Assembly: GCA_038087875.1 (NCBI GenBank)
Contig: CM075989.1
Coordinates: 19,780,001-19,844,000 of the forward strand
Reading direction: 5' to 3'
Source: Malacoraja senta
Taxonomy: Eukaryota
DNA: 64,000 bases
This document shows positions 25,465 through 38,209 of the stretch, piece after piece. How positions within the stretch are numbered: the first letter of the stretch is position 1; each line of letters begins with the position of its first letter. The position numbers and the translations under genes are program-made. The notes under the pieces are model-generated. The model saw only the letters and a list, made by a program, of their open reading frames with translations. It did not search any database and was not told where the DNA came from.

Positions 25465-25990
25465 GTTCTGGTAGCCCCATTACAGGAAAGGTGTGGAAGC
25501 TTTGGAGAGGGTGGAGAGGAGGTTTAGCACAATGCTGCCTGGATTAGAGGGATTTAGCGACAAGGAGGGATTAGATAGACCTGGATTGTTTTCTCAGGAA
25601 TGTCGGAGGTTGAGGGGAGATTTGATAGAAGTACATAAAATTATGAGAGGATTAGATAGGGTAGACAGTCCGAACCTTTTCCCCAGGGTGGAAACGCCCA
25701 CCACTAGAGGGCATAACTATAAGGTTAGAGGGCGAAAGCTGAATGGAGATTTTTGGGGCAAGTTTTATTTACACATAGAGTAGTGAGGGACTGGAATGTA
25801 TTGCCAGGGGTGGTGGTGGAGGCAGATACGATAGTAGCGTTTAAGAGGCTTTTTAATCAGCACATGGAAGTGCAGGGAATAGAGGGATATGGATCATGTA
25901 CGGACAGAGGTCAGTTTAACTTGGCATCATGTTCAGCATAAACATTATGGGCCAAAGGGCCCATTCCTATGCTGTATTGTTCTGTTCTGT
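25465..25990 (+). mobile_element. CR1/HER1 LINE 3' fragment
   Basis: ALERVERRFSTMLPGL...RRLRGDLIEVHKIMRG; tail GGGCCAAAGGGCC shared with the SINE. Confidence 0.85.
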
Positions 25991-27839
25991 TGTCATGGGC
26001 TCAGCACTAATACTTTCTGTCATGCTCAAGCACCTCATTTTGTTTGGATACGATGGCCTCCATATCTGCTGATCACTTGGCAGCCTTAGATCTAGAATTC
26101 AAACAGAAAGCAGTCTTTCTGCTTCACCTGACAAAATAAATGACGCTATTAAATCCCTAAGTAATTAGTTGCATCTATTCTTTAGCACCTAGCATGAAAC
26201 CAAACCTTTAAACATGCACACAGAATTTCTGTGAGAACAAGAAATATGATAACAATTCTTTCCAAAAATGTTATTTTCATAATTTGTTTAGCAAGAAGTT
26301 TCTACAATGAAAACACTATGGAATACAAAATAAATTCCTTATTGGATCCTTAATTTTGTCATCTTAACCCCTGAACAAGTAACCTAAGAGGTTTAATTTT
26401 CACTGCTAGTTTATCGCAGTGGAAAATTAACCAAGACACAATCATAAATTTCGTTTCTTACACTATTATGGTTCCCAACTATTATATTTATTAATTTATT
26501 GTCTTTTTGATAATTATACATTTCCCTGTGTGTTATTGCGTTTAAGGGCCTGTTACACGGCAGCAAGTAAGAATTTCATTGTCCTGTTGTCGATACATAT
26601 GACAATTAAACTCTCTTAACTCTTGTGTCCGACACACAAATTACATCCATTGGAAGAAGGGTCTCGACCCGAAACGTCGCCTATTCCTTCGCTCCATAGA
26701 TGCTGCCTCACCCGCTGAGTTTCTCCAGCAGTTTCGTCTACCGTCATTGGATTCAGTGAGTTTCATTTCACACAAATACGGCAATACTTCAACCGCCCTG
26801 CAGAGAGCAGTGCAGCACCATTTTTTCCCTCCGATTTGCAGCAATTGCTTCTCCTGCTTTCCTGCTGGCTTAACTTCTTTACATCATGCATCTCTATTAT
26901 AATAATTAACACTCAGTTATCTAACATTTGCCAAACTTAATAGATGCCTGTTTATCAAAAGAAAAATGTCATTGGGAGTTAGCCCAGCCTCTCCATTACT
27001 GCTTCGATTCATTTTGATGCTGAACATAGAACATTAAACATTGCCTCATATTTAGCTTCGGCAGCTTACAACCCAGCAGTATGATAATTGATATCTCTAA
27101 CATCAAGTAACCCTTGCTTTCCCTCTCTCACTGTCTCTCCCTCACCTTAGTTCTCCTACTAGATAGACACAAAATGAGAAGGGTCTCGACCCGAAACGTC
27201 ACCAATTCCTTCTCTCCAGGGATGCTGCCAGTCCCGCTGAGTTACTCCAGCATTTTGTGTTTATCTTCGGTGTAAACCAGCATCTGCAGTTCCTTCCTGC
27301 ATAGAATAGGCCCTTTGGCCCATAATATTTGTGTCGATCACGATACCAAGTTAAACTAACATCACCTCTGCCTGCACGTGATCGTTCCTCAGAGGTCCAC
27401 TAGAATTAAGACTTTGTGCTGTTGGCTTCAATATAATTATGAAGATAGACACAAAATGCTGGAGTAACTCAGCGGGTCAGACAGCATCTCTGGAGAAAAG
27501 GAATAGGTGACGTTTCGGATCGAGACCCTTCTTTAATATAATTACTATCCTGAATGACATAACAAAAGTTTGTAAATTTTTGTATGATTTAAATAATACC
27601 GTTGGCTCAAAACGTATTCTCCATTTCAATAATTAATATGCTCTTTGGATACATTCAAATCAATAAAATGTTTTTATGGCATTTCTCCCATTTCATTCTT
27701 AGGCAATTCTAAGATGTGTTTCTTTAGAACATACAACAGTACAGCACAGGAACAAACCCTTCGGCCCACAATGTCTGTCAATACCAACCCTTATCTGCCC
27801 GCACAAAGTCCCTGTCCCTCCATTCTCTGCATATCCATG

Positions 27840-28183
27840 TTTAGTTTAGTTTAGAGATACAGTGCGGAAACAGGCCCTTTGGCCCACCGAGTCCGCGCCG
27901 ACCAGCGATCCCCACACATGAATGCTATCCTACACACACTAGGGACAATTTTTTTTACATTTAACAAGCCAATTAACCTACAAACCTGTACGTCTTTGGA
28001 GTGGGGGAGGAAATCTCGAGAATCTCGGAGAAACCGAAAATCTCGGAGAAAACCCATACGGGTCACGGGGAGAACGTACAAACTCCCGTGCAGACAGCAG
28101 CCGTAGTCGGGATCAAACCCGGGTCTCCGGTGCTGCATTCGCTGTAAGGCAGCAACTCTACCGCTGCGCCACCATGACCGCCC
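27840..28183 (-). mobile_element. HE1-type SINE, full length
   Basis: Reverse head, body and tail; short internal duplication AATCTCGGAGAAA. Confidence 0.88.
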
Positions 28184-29445
28184 AATGACTGTGCTTATCC
28201 AAAGGCCTCTTATACACCACTATCATATCTGCCTCCACCACCACCAACCCCAGCAGTGTGTTCCAGGCATCCAACACCCTCTGTATTAAAACACTTGCCT
28301 TTAAACTTTGGTCTTCTCATCTTAAAGCTAGCCCTCTAGCATTTGATATTTCCATCCTGGGAAGTAGGTTCTAAGTGTCGACCCTATCATAATTTTATGT
28401 ACTTCCAACAGGTCTCCCCGCAACCTCTGGCATTCCAGACAAAACAATCCAAGTCAGTCCTACCTCATCCTGTAGCTAATTGCCTCTCATTTCTTGGAGC
28501 GTAGAAGAATGAGGGGTGATCTTATAGAGGTGTTCAAAATCATGAGAGGAATAAATCAAGTAGACGTATTTTACCCAGAGTTTGGTGAATCGAGAACCAA
28601 AGGATATAGGTTTAAGGTGAGGGGAGAAAGATTTTAATAGGAACCTGAGGTGTAACATTTTTACACAAATGGTGGTGGGTGTATGGAACGAGCAGCCGGA
28701 GGAGGTAGTTGAGGCGGGTACTAACGTGACGTTTAAGAAACATCTCTAAACTAAACAAAACAATGCTTGGAAGTGTGCCAAGGAGAGAGATTGGTGACAT
28801 GGGCAAGGGCATAGCAGGCAAAATGTAACATAACTGCAGTGTGCCACATTTGGTAAGATGATTCTTGTTCAAGAGTCCAGAGTCAAGGGGAGTCTGAAGT
28901 CAAGAATCATGACCTCTTATTCCTTATACTCTAAAAAGTGTATAGGATTTGAAATGTACTCTTTAAAATCCAACAGAGTAATTCGGAAGGGAAATGAATT
29001 AGAAAATAATCGAAGGTTATGGAAGAAGGTGGGGAATGAGAACTAACCTTCAATATTAATGGTACAGACTCATGCAAACCTTGTGTGTTTATCCTCAAGA
29101 GACCACTCTGATATTTGTAGTACATGGCTCAGAGAGAGAATTTAGCTTTTAGTTCGGCAAGCCAGAGTCAAAGGTCAATGCAATTAGGTGGTAAGTGAGT
29201 AATTTTTCTGATCTAATTAGATATTTGATTAATTTATTGAAGCACAAATGACACAGTTGTTTGTTACAAAGGGCAGTGAAAATAATTAAAGTTATTCCAT
29301 AAATATTGACTCCATCAAGCAAGGTTATGAATACCCATAGAATGATGACAGCAGATTTAGGGGCATGGTCATTGATATTCAATGGTTCAGCAGAACATTT
29401 ACTGCAAAAGGATTGCAGTGTGCAACTGATGTTACAGATTTTACA

Positions 29446-29745
29446 GATACAGCGTGGAAACAGGCCCTTTGGCCCACCGAGGCCGCACCGCCCAGCGATC
29501 ACCCGATACACGAGCACTATCATCCTCACGAGGAACAATTTACAATTTACAACTTTACCAAAGCCAATTAAGCTACAAACCAGTATGTCTTTGGAGCGTG
29601 AGAGGAAACTGGAGCACCTAGAGAAAAACCATGCGGTTACAGGGAGAATGTCCAAACTCCCGACAGACAGCACCTGTAGTCAAGATTGAACCCGGGTCTC
29701 TCGCGCTGTTAGGTAGCAATTCTATTGCTGTGCCACTGAGCCACA
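29446..29745 (-). mobile_element. HE1-type SINE
   Basis: Reverse head, body and tail. Confidence 0.8.
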
Positions 29746-29764
29746 ACTCCTAAGAGTTTCAGAT

Positions 29765-30070
29765 TAGTTTAGTTTAGAGATACAGGAAGGAAAGAGGGCC
29801 TTTGGCCCACCAAGCCCATGCCGACCATCGATCACCCATTTACACTAATTCTATGTTATCCCACTTGTTCATCTACTCCTTACAAACTAGGGGCAATCTA
29901 CAGAGGCCAATTAACCTACAAACCCGCACATCTTTGGGATGTGAGAGGAAACCGGAGCACTTGGAGGAAATCCATGTGTTCACAGGGAGAACATGCAAAC
30001 TCCACACAGACAGCAGCTGAGGTCAGGATCCAATCCAGGTCCCTGGTGCCGTGAGGCAGAAGCTCTTCCA
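29765..30070 (-). mobile_element. HE1-type SINE (older variant)
   Basis: Reverse body and tail. Confidence 0.78.
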
Positions 30071-30296
30071 GTGTTGTAGATAATATTAGTTCACAGACAA
30101 TTGCATTAATATAACTGGATATATCAAACGTAAAATATGATGTTTCCAAGGATAATAGCAATTGACCTTGAGACAGTGGAAAGTTTTATTGAATGCCTGC
30201 CCTCCTGATACTTCCAGTACCTGCAATTTACCTTTCAAGTTTCCAACACCAGTAATATTTGTATTTCATAAGTAAGAGATAGCACTCAGAAACCAT

Positions 30297-31210
30297 AAGT
30301 TCATAAATGATAGGAGCAGAATTAGGCCATTCGGCCTATCAAGTCTACTCCACCATCCAATCATGGCTGATCACAGCTCCCTCCTAACCACATTCTCTTG
30401 CCTTCTCCCCATAACCCTATGACATATATTCAAGAATATATGTCCCATAATCAAGAATCTATCTATCTTTGCCTTAAATATATCCACTGACTTTGCCTCC
30501 ACAGCCTTCTGTGGCAAAGAATTCCACAGATTCACCACCCTCTGACTAAAGAAATTCCTCCTCAACTTTCTAAAAGAACATCCTTTAATTCTGAGATGAT
30601 GTCCACTAGTCCTCAACTCTCCCACTAGTGGAAACATCCTCTCCATCCACTCTATCCAAGTCTTTCACTATTCTGTATGTTTCAATGAGGTCCCCCTTCA
30701 TTCTTCTAAACTCCAGTGAATATAGGCCCAGTGCCATCAAACGCTCACCTACTCAATCCTGGGATCATTCTTGTAAACCTCCTCGGGACTTTCTCCAGAG
30801 CCAGCACATCATTCACATAGAAAATATAGAAAATAGGTGGAGGAGTAGGCACCCGTCCGTCCAGCCAGCACTGCCATATAATATGATCATGACTGATCAT
30901 CCAAAATCAGTACCCCGTTCTGGCTTTTTCCCCATATCCTTGATTTATTTAGCCCGTAAGAGCTAAATCTAACTCTCTCTTGAAAACATCCAGTGAATTG
31001 GCGTCCACTAGCTTCTGTGGCAGAGAATGCCACAGATTCGCAACCCTCTGCGTGAAAAGGTTTTCCTCATCACAGTCCTAAATGGCCTACCCCTTATTCT
31101 TAAACTGTGTGACCCCTAGTTCTGAATTCCCCCAACATCGGGAATTTTTTTTTTGCATCTACCCTGTCCAATCCTCTAAGAATGTTATATGTTCTATGAG
31201 ATCCCCTCCC
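30297..31210 (-). mobile_element. Two adjacent CR1/HER1 3' fragments
   Basis: RRNFFSQRVVNLWNSLPQKAVEA; a second 3' tail starts near 30815. Confidence 0.8.
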
Positions 31211-31800
31211 ACCGGGTGGTGCTCGTAATGGTCACCACGCCAACAGCTTGTCGAGCCCTTTCTCTGTTTTTATTATTTTAAGTATGTCTTAAATGTATGT
31301 TTCAATGTTTCTTGGTCAGTTTATGTTGGGGGAGTGGGGGGGGGAATAGGGGGAAACTTTTTTTCAGTCACTTACCTCGACGGAGATGCGATTTTCTCCA
31401 GTTTCGCATCTCCCCCCCCCCCCCCCCCCCCCCCTTTGCGGCCTAACAACTTGGATTGGTGTGACCTTTCCTGGAGACTTGCCTGGAGCTTCAAGCCGTG
31501 GGCGCGGCATGGACTTACCATCGCGGAGCCAGGGATCCTTTGGCGAGGATCGCCAGAAGAAGAGCTCAGACCGCGGGGCCTGTGGACTTTAACACCGTGA
31601 AGCCGCGGTCTCCGGTAAGAAGAGGCCGACTCGGGAGCTCCATTATATGTCTCAATGCCAGAGTTTTGATCTTCCCGACAGGACGGCCTGCACATCGGAC
31701 CGTAGGCAACGGCAATTGCCGAGGGTTCACCATGGTGAACAAAGAGGAAGATGACTAAACTTTATTGCCTTTCATCACATGAAGAATGTTGATTCCACTG

Positions 31801-31939
31801 ACTTCTTCTTGCGTATGGTATGCACAGCCTAAAGTTGTAGGACAACTTGTTCTATTTGATCTTATTTGATTGTGCACGCCAGGTTGATTGCATTCGTCGA
31901 AACAGGGCGGACCACGTGAAGGTTGCAATCTCCCACCCC
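31801..31939 (-). mobile_element. HDV-like-ribozyme-headed short retroposon, intact copy
   Basis: 10-bp TSD GATTCCACTG (31791-31800, 31940-31949); (AAG)3 tail; no tRNA-like head. Confidence 0.88.
31886..31939 (-). ncRNA. Minimal HDV/CPEB3-type self-cleaving ribozyme fold (54 nt)
   Basis: P1 GGGGUGG/CCGCCCU, J1/2 GA, P2 GAUUGCA/UGCAAUC, P3 ACC/GGU, L3 UUCACGU, GU, vestigial P4 UUCGA, J4/2 CGAA. Confidence 0.85.
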
Positions 31940-32072
31940 GATTCCACTGTGATGGATGTTTATGTTAAATTTTATTTTATGTGTGTATTGTGTTCTTTTC
32001 ACTTAGTATGGCTGTATGGTAACTCAAATTTCACTGTAATTTGATTAAGTAACAATAAAGGCAAACTTGAAC

Positions 32073-32322
32073 TGGAAACAGCCCTTCGGCCGAATTTGCC
32101 CACACCGACCAACAAGTCCCAGCTTCCCTATTCCCACCTGCCTGTTTATTCCATATCCCTCCAAACCTGCCCTATCCATGTACCTGTCTATCTGTTTCCT
32201 AAACGTTGGGATAGTCCCAGCCTCAACTACCTCCTCTGGCAGCTCGTTCCATACACCCAGCACCCTTTGTGTGAAAAGGTTACCCCTCAGATTCCTATTA
32301 AATCTTTTCCCCTTCACCTTAA
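32073..32322 (-). mobile_element. CR1/HER1 3' fragment
   Basis: LFTQRVLGVWNELPEEVVEAG. Confidence 0.8.
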
Positions 32323-32932
32323 AGAAGGATTTTAAACGCTTGATTTTCACACGAAGAGATTTGATTTATCATAAAGTGAAAGCATTTAATAACACCCCGA
32401 ACACTGACAACCCAACAGTTTTCAACACTAGGCGATGTTATTGTGAAGATCTAACCAGACTAATGCATCTCTTGGCTTCTTTGCTCCCTGCAATTACAGT
32501 CCAGATTTTCTACACGTTGGATCACGGTCAATACTCTTTCAGCACAACCCTCGACACAACAACACAATCTTTTTGTTCACTAATCCATGTCACAAACCAT
32601 GCTTTGAGCCAGGATAGCAAGTACAGAGATCTTGTGTTTTCACTGCCTTGAAATTTCAGTTCGAACTTGAACCGTTTGAACATACACCAGAGAATATGGA
32701 GGAAATTCACACGCGGTGGAAAATTGGAGATAACTCCAGGGGCAATATGGAAAAAGAACAAACAGCCGGCACCGACGTCTCAAGAAAGGCGGAGCCCACA
32801 ATGGTGCATTGTTGGCTGTGGAAGAGGTGAGAATGGAGGGATGCAAACAGTGAAACTAGCAGGATGACTAGGGTGGGGGAGGGATGGAGAGAGAGGGAAT
32901 GTAAGGGTTACAAGAAATTAGAGAAATCAATA

Positions 32933-33207
32933 AGGCGACATGGTGGTGCAGTGCCAGACACCTGGTTCGATCCTGGCTATGGGTTCTTGTCTGTATGGAG
33001 TTTGTCCTCCCCATGACTTTCGTGGGTTTTCTCCAGGATTTCCAGTTTCCTCCCACACTCCAAAGATGTACAGGTTTGTAGGTTAATTGACTTGGTATAA
33101 TTGTAAATTGTCCCTAGTGTGTGTAGGAATGTTTTTAGTGTGCGGGGATCGCTGGTTGGCACGGACCCAGTGGGATGAAAGGCTTGTTATCTGTATCTCT
33201 AAACTAA
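32933..33207 (+). mobile_element. HE1-type SINE
   Basis: Head with deletion, body, tail. Confidence 0.8.
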
Positions 33208-34922
33208 TCGTCATACCGCTGGGTACACTACGAGTCTTGAGAGTTTCCCTTCATTACTCCTAATTTCCTTCTCCCCTGACTCTGTCCAAAGAGCGGTCTC
33301 GATCCAAAACGTCATCTATTCCTTTCCTCCAGATGATGCTGCCTGACCAGCTGAGTTACTCCAACACTTTGCGTTTATCTTCGATGTAAACCAGCATCTG
33401 CAGTTCCTTCCTCTGCATGGAAAGGCAGGTATTGACTAGTTACCTCACGATATTGGGGCAGACTTCATGTAATTGTCCGACATAAAGTAAGTTAATAAAA
33501 TAACGATTTAAAATTGTAACGGTGTTTTTTGTGTGCATTGATCATCCTGACACCCACTATGTGAGGGATATATACTAGGGAGAACATTTTTGGAAAGCCG
33601 ATTAACAGGCGGGTAGTTGTGAGGAAACATCATTTTAGATGACCAACTATCTAAAATATAAATATAGCAAATGTCACATCACAGTCATTTGCTGCAATAA
33701 AACGGCTGTGCATAAAATGAATATTATAAATCAAAAAGCATTTACAGGCACTCTTGTTCACTGTTACAAATTAAAACCCAGCGTGATACCCATTAATTTT
33801 TCGCAGAAGTGCTGATCCTATAGCCTGCCTTAAATATTCATTGGATTAATAGTTCCTTTATTACTGATGCCATTGGGTGAAGGAAGGGGGGTTGGAACTG
33901 GCAGAGTACTGGAATGCACCCTCGGGTTTTAAACATTTAGGTTCTAATATCTTGGCTCCACAAGGCTTCAATGTCTGTGGCTACCCACACTATGCAGGAA
34001 GACTGCGACAATTTAATGGAGAGTATCTCTGATATCCCTTTAGTTTAGTTGAGAGAGATATAGCGCGGAACAGGCCCTTCGGCCCACCGGGTCCGCGCCA
34101 ACCAGCGATCCCCGCACACTAACACTATCCTACGCACACTAGGGACAATTTAACAGTTTTACCAAGCTGAAGGGGCCTGTTTCCACGATGCATCTCTAAA
34201 CTAAAAGACTGAGGTGTACGCACATCCAGCCAGTAGCAATTAGAACCTGAGGGGTCATATTTTACACAAAGGGTGATGGGTGTATGGAACGGGCTGCTCT
34301 CCGAAGGAAGTAGTTGAGGCAGGTACTATTTCAGAGTCTCAACACACACAAGGGCTTGCTTACACATAACAGACTACTTTCAGAATGTCATCGGCATCAG
34401 CCAGAGAAACATTTAGGAGTTGCTCCTGCCGATTTCCAGGAGGGCTACCTACTTGGCTGTAATCAGAAATATTACGCTCAATTAATGAACGCCAGCAGAT
34501 TCTGGAAGAAGTATTGAGCAGACAATGCTTGAAAATAGGCACGTGTACTTGCCTCACAGCGCCAGAGACCTGGGTTCGATCCTGACCTCGAGTGCTACCT
34601 GCATGGAGTTTGCACGTTCTCCCTGTGACCTCGTGGGTTTTCTCTGGGTGCGCCGGTTTCCTCTCACTCTCCAAAGACATGCGGGTTTGTAGGCTAATTG
34701 GTCTTCTGTAAAACATGTCTTGAGATCCATGTGTCTGCTGTAGATTACTTCACAATGGCACAGCGGTAGAGTTGCTGTCTTACAGCGCTAGGGACCCAGG
34801 TTCAATCCTGACCACGGGTGCTGTCTGCACAGAGTTTGTACGTTCTCCCTGTGAGCTGTGTGGGCTTTCTCCGGGTGCTCTGGTTTCCTCCCACATTCCA
34901 AAGGCTTGCAGGTTTGTAGGTT

Positions 34923-35020
34923 GTACACAAAAATGCTGGAGAAACTCAGCGGGTGCAGCAGCATCTATGGAGTGAAGGAAATAGGCAACGTTTCGGGCCG
35001 AAACCCTTCTTCAGACTCTT
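34923..35020 (-). mobile_element. Penelope terminal-repeat-only insertion inside an HE1 SINE
   Basis: Near-identical to the reverse of 7109-7205; 14-bp TSD CAGGTTTGTAGGTT (34909-34922, 35021-35034). Confidence 0.85.
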
Positions 35021-35374
35021 CAGGTTTGTAGGTTAATTGGCCTCTGTAAAACATGTCTTGATGTCAATGCGTCTGCTATAAATTACTTCACTGTTAATCC
35101 CTATACCTATGAATCCAGAGCAAGCCTGCTGGAGTAGCCACACAGCTGTACCCCAGTGGTGGGAAGCACTTTCTGTTTTTGGTTGGAGAAACATGATGAG
35201 AAGCAGACTTCTTACCGCCACAATGGCCTCAAACACCAACCTGCTGTAAACCTCTCACCTCTTCCAATAATTCACTAACCATGGCAGGCTTCCTGTTAAT
35301 TATACAAGTACTTTCCCCCGCAACCCCATCCACTGATATAGATGGTGGGAAGTGATTTTCAAGCTAGTCTTTTA

Positions 35375-36245
35375 GAATCAGGTTTATTACTGTCATGTGT
35401 ACTGGACTACAGTGTGTTGCATGCCATCCCATCAGATCGGATAATACTATATATAAATATAATCAAGTCAAACTCAAGTGCAACAGGTCGAGCAAAGGGG
35501 CAGATACAGAGTGCAGAGTATAGTTCTCAGCATTGTGAGCCAACAGTTCCAGAGACAAAGTCCAATGTCCGCAATGGGGTAAAGCTAATTCGGACACTGC
35601 CCAAGCTTATGAAAGGACCGTTCAGAAGATTGATAACAGAGGGTTGTCTGGTGGTGCGCGCTTTCAAGCTTCTGTACCTTTTGAGCGATGGTAGTTGGGA
35701 GCAGAGAGAATGGCCAGGATTGGACATGCCTTTGATCTTGTTGGCTGCTTTTCTGCTGTAAGTGAAAATGGAGTCGATGATGGGAATGTGGCGCCACCTG
35801 GAGGTTAGGCCGCTTACTGGGCGAACCCTCGGCCCTAGGACTGGCAGGGTCTCGTCACATGGCTTGGGGTGTGCCCTGATATATATGTAGAACTCTGGGA
35901 GAACCCTCCCCAGTCGTGTGTGAGCTGTTCGCTGTTTAACACAATAAAGATCACTTTGTTTCACAACACGTGTCTCGCTATAGGAAATCTGATGTGTGTG
36001 ATGGGCTGGGGTACATCTACAACTCTTGGGCACAGCTGCTTCCAAATGAAACTGCGATACAACCCACCATGCTTGCAATCGTGCATCTGTGGGAGTTTGT
36101 AATGCAGAAGTTTATCTGTAGAGATTGGAGTTGTGCCAAGTTTCATCAGTCTCCTGAGTAGAGGCATTGGTGTGCCTTCTTGGCTGTAGCATCAGTGCGG
36201 TTGGTCCAAGACAAATCATTGGTACTATTCCCGCCAAGGAACCTG
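35375..36245 (-). mobile_element. Decayed Rex1/Babar 3' fragments (again at about 42500-43370)
   Basis: SNPGHSLCSQLPSLKRYRSLKARTTR resembles the Rex1 C-terminus. Confidence 0.6.
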
Positions 36246-38209
36246 GAGGTTCATATTCATAAGTTCTTGGAGCAGAATTAGGCCGTTTGGCCCATCAAGT
36301 CTACACCATTCAATCACGGCTGATTCATGTTTTATAAGGTCATAAGGAACAGGAGTACAATTAGGCCATTCGGCCCTTCAGGTGCATTCCGCCATTCAAT
36401 CATGGCTGATCTATCCCTCCTAACCCAATTCTCTCGCCTTCCTATAATCCCTAACACCCTTACTCATTAAAATTTTCTGTCAATCTCCGCCTTAAAAATA
36501 TCCATTGACTTGGCCTCCGCAGCCATCTGTGGCAATGAATTCCACAGATTCACCACCATGGTCTCCACCTTTTGGATTGTGAGGTCAGAGCAATAGGTGG
36601 CAATCCTGCAGCAGCTCCTGGTGCAAGAGTGATACTCCATGCCGCGTTTTGCTGCAAGCCAAGAGTCTTCCTGTCAGCTACTTGTGTACATATTCGTAAC
36701 TCTTGTTCATAGATTGGGGGGAAGGGGGAAGCAATACCAAGGACTTGGCCTTAAGGCATGTTATTCCTTTCATACATTACCATTTCATAATAAGGCAGCT
36801 TGAGGTGTGTTGCAGGAATTTAAATGTGACCACTTTTCAGGCAGTTGAAAAATATGTAACAGACCAACATGCGAACACATGTCTTGAACGTGTCTAATGA
36901 TTGTTGAAGCCAAGCTGCTCATGCCGCCACCACCCTCTCCGTCTCACAGCCCAGAGGCAACAATATTTTGAACAGTTAGAGAGATGTACCATCCAAATTC
37001 TTGCATGTGTTTCTTCGCTAATTGCAGTGCTGTCACCGCTCACCTCGTTCAGGCAAGAAAGGCTTGCTGTTCCCCTCCTCTCGACTAGAGTGCAATTATC
37101 AGCAGAAGAAATGATGCAAGCTTGCACTTGTAGTGTCGGGAATGTTCATGATGCAGGCTCGGAGGCCTCCGAGACTCCAGTACATATCCAGGCTGGTTAG
37201 CAGATCAAGCCTGTGTCCCTGGCAAAACATAAAGCGCTGGAAGAACTCGGCGGGTCAGGCAGCATCTGTGGAGGGAATGGATAGACAATGTTTCATCGGC
37301 TGGGCCCACCTTCAGATTGATTGGAGTATGGGGGGTGGGGGGTGGGGAGAGTTTTGGAAAAGATAGGCGGGGGGGGGGGGGGGGGGGGGGGGTGGCACCC
37401 GCAGGAAACCCGCGCGGACACAAGGAGAACGAGAACTAATGAGATTTAATGCCTCACAGTGCCAGGGACCCAGGTTCAATCTGCACTCTGAGTGGAGTTC
37501 ACACGTTCTTCCTGCGACTGCGTGGGTTTCCTCCGGGTTCTCCGGTTTCCTCCCACATCCCAAAGACGTGCGGGTTTGTGGGTTAATTGCCCTCTGTAAA
37601 TTGTGTAGGGAGTGGATGAGAAAGTGGGATAACATAGAACTGGAGTGGACTCGAACAAAACTGATGCCCGTCTGACATGAGCACGATCTACATCAGGGGG
37701 TGTGGACACAGTGGGACATTGTAGTCACTGAGTTTCACTCCTGTATTGACGTTTAATGACATGACACGGAAATAAACAGGACATGATTTAATTGCTCACT
37801 GCATGACTTAAACAGCAACTCTTTTCAAACGACCATGGTAAATGTTCCCTTCCCAAGCCTCATGAGTTTACTTTGCACGCAGTCCTACACGAACTGGTAA
37901 ATCACTGAACCATCAAGAAAATGTTTAATTTGAGCTCTGGAGACAGAGCTGGCTTTAAGCCAGCGCCAGAGCAACAATAAAACTCTGTAAGCAGACCGCA
38001 AGTCAGCTGCTCTCCAGCGACGTTATAGATCACATATAGCAATGATCAGTTTGAAGCAGGGTCTCGACCCGAAATGTCACCCATTTCCTTCTCTCCAGAG
38101 ATGCTGCCTGTCCCGCTGAGTTACTCCAGCATTTTATGTCCTTCACAATCTCTGTGCTCTGTGGAAACCAACTATGATTTTTTTTAAATCGGTTCGTTTT
38201 CATTTTCAT

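Larger units (their letters stand above)
31212..32072 (+). mobile_element. GC-rich non-autonomous retroposon with Rex1-like tail (host of the ribozyme element)
   Basis: Same layout as 38487-39461: T-rich leader, G-run, CpG-rich body, CACTGTGATGGATGTTTATG, ACAATAAA tail. Confidence 0.6.

Noticed and set aside
36894..37200. Possible coding exon (duplicated at 44021-44327)
   Set aside because: No recognisable domain or convincing splice pair; the second copy is only the gap duplication.
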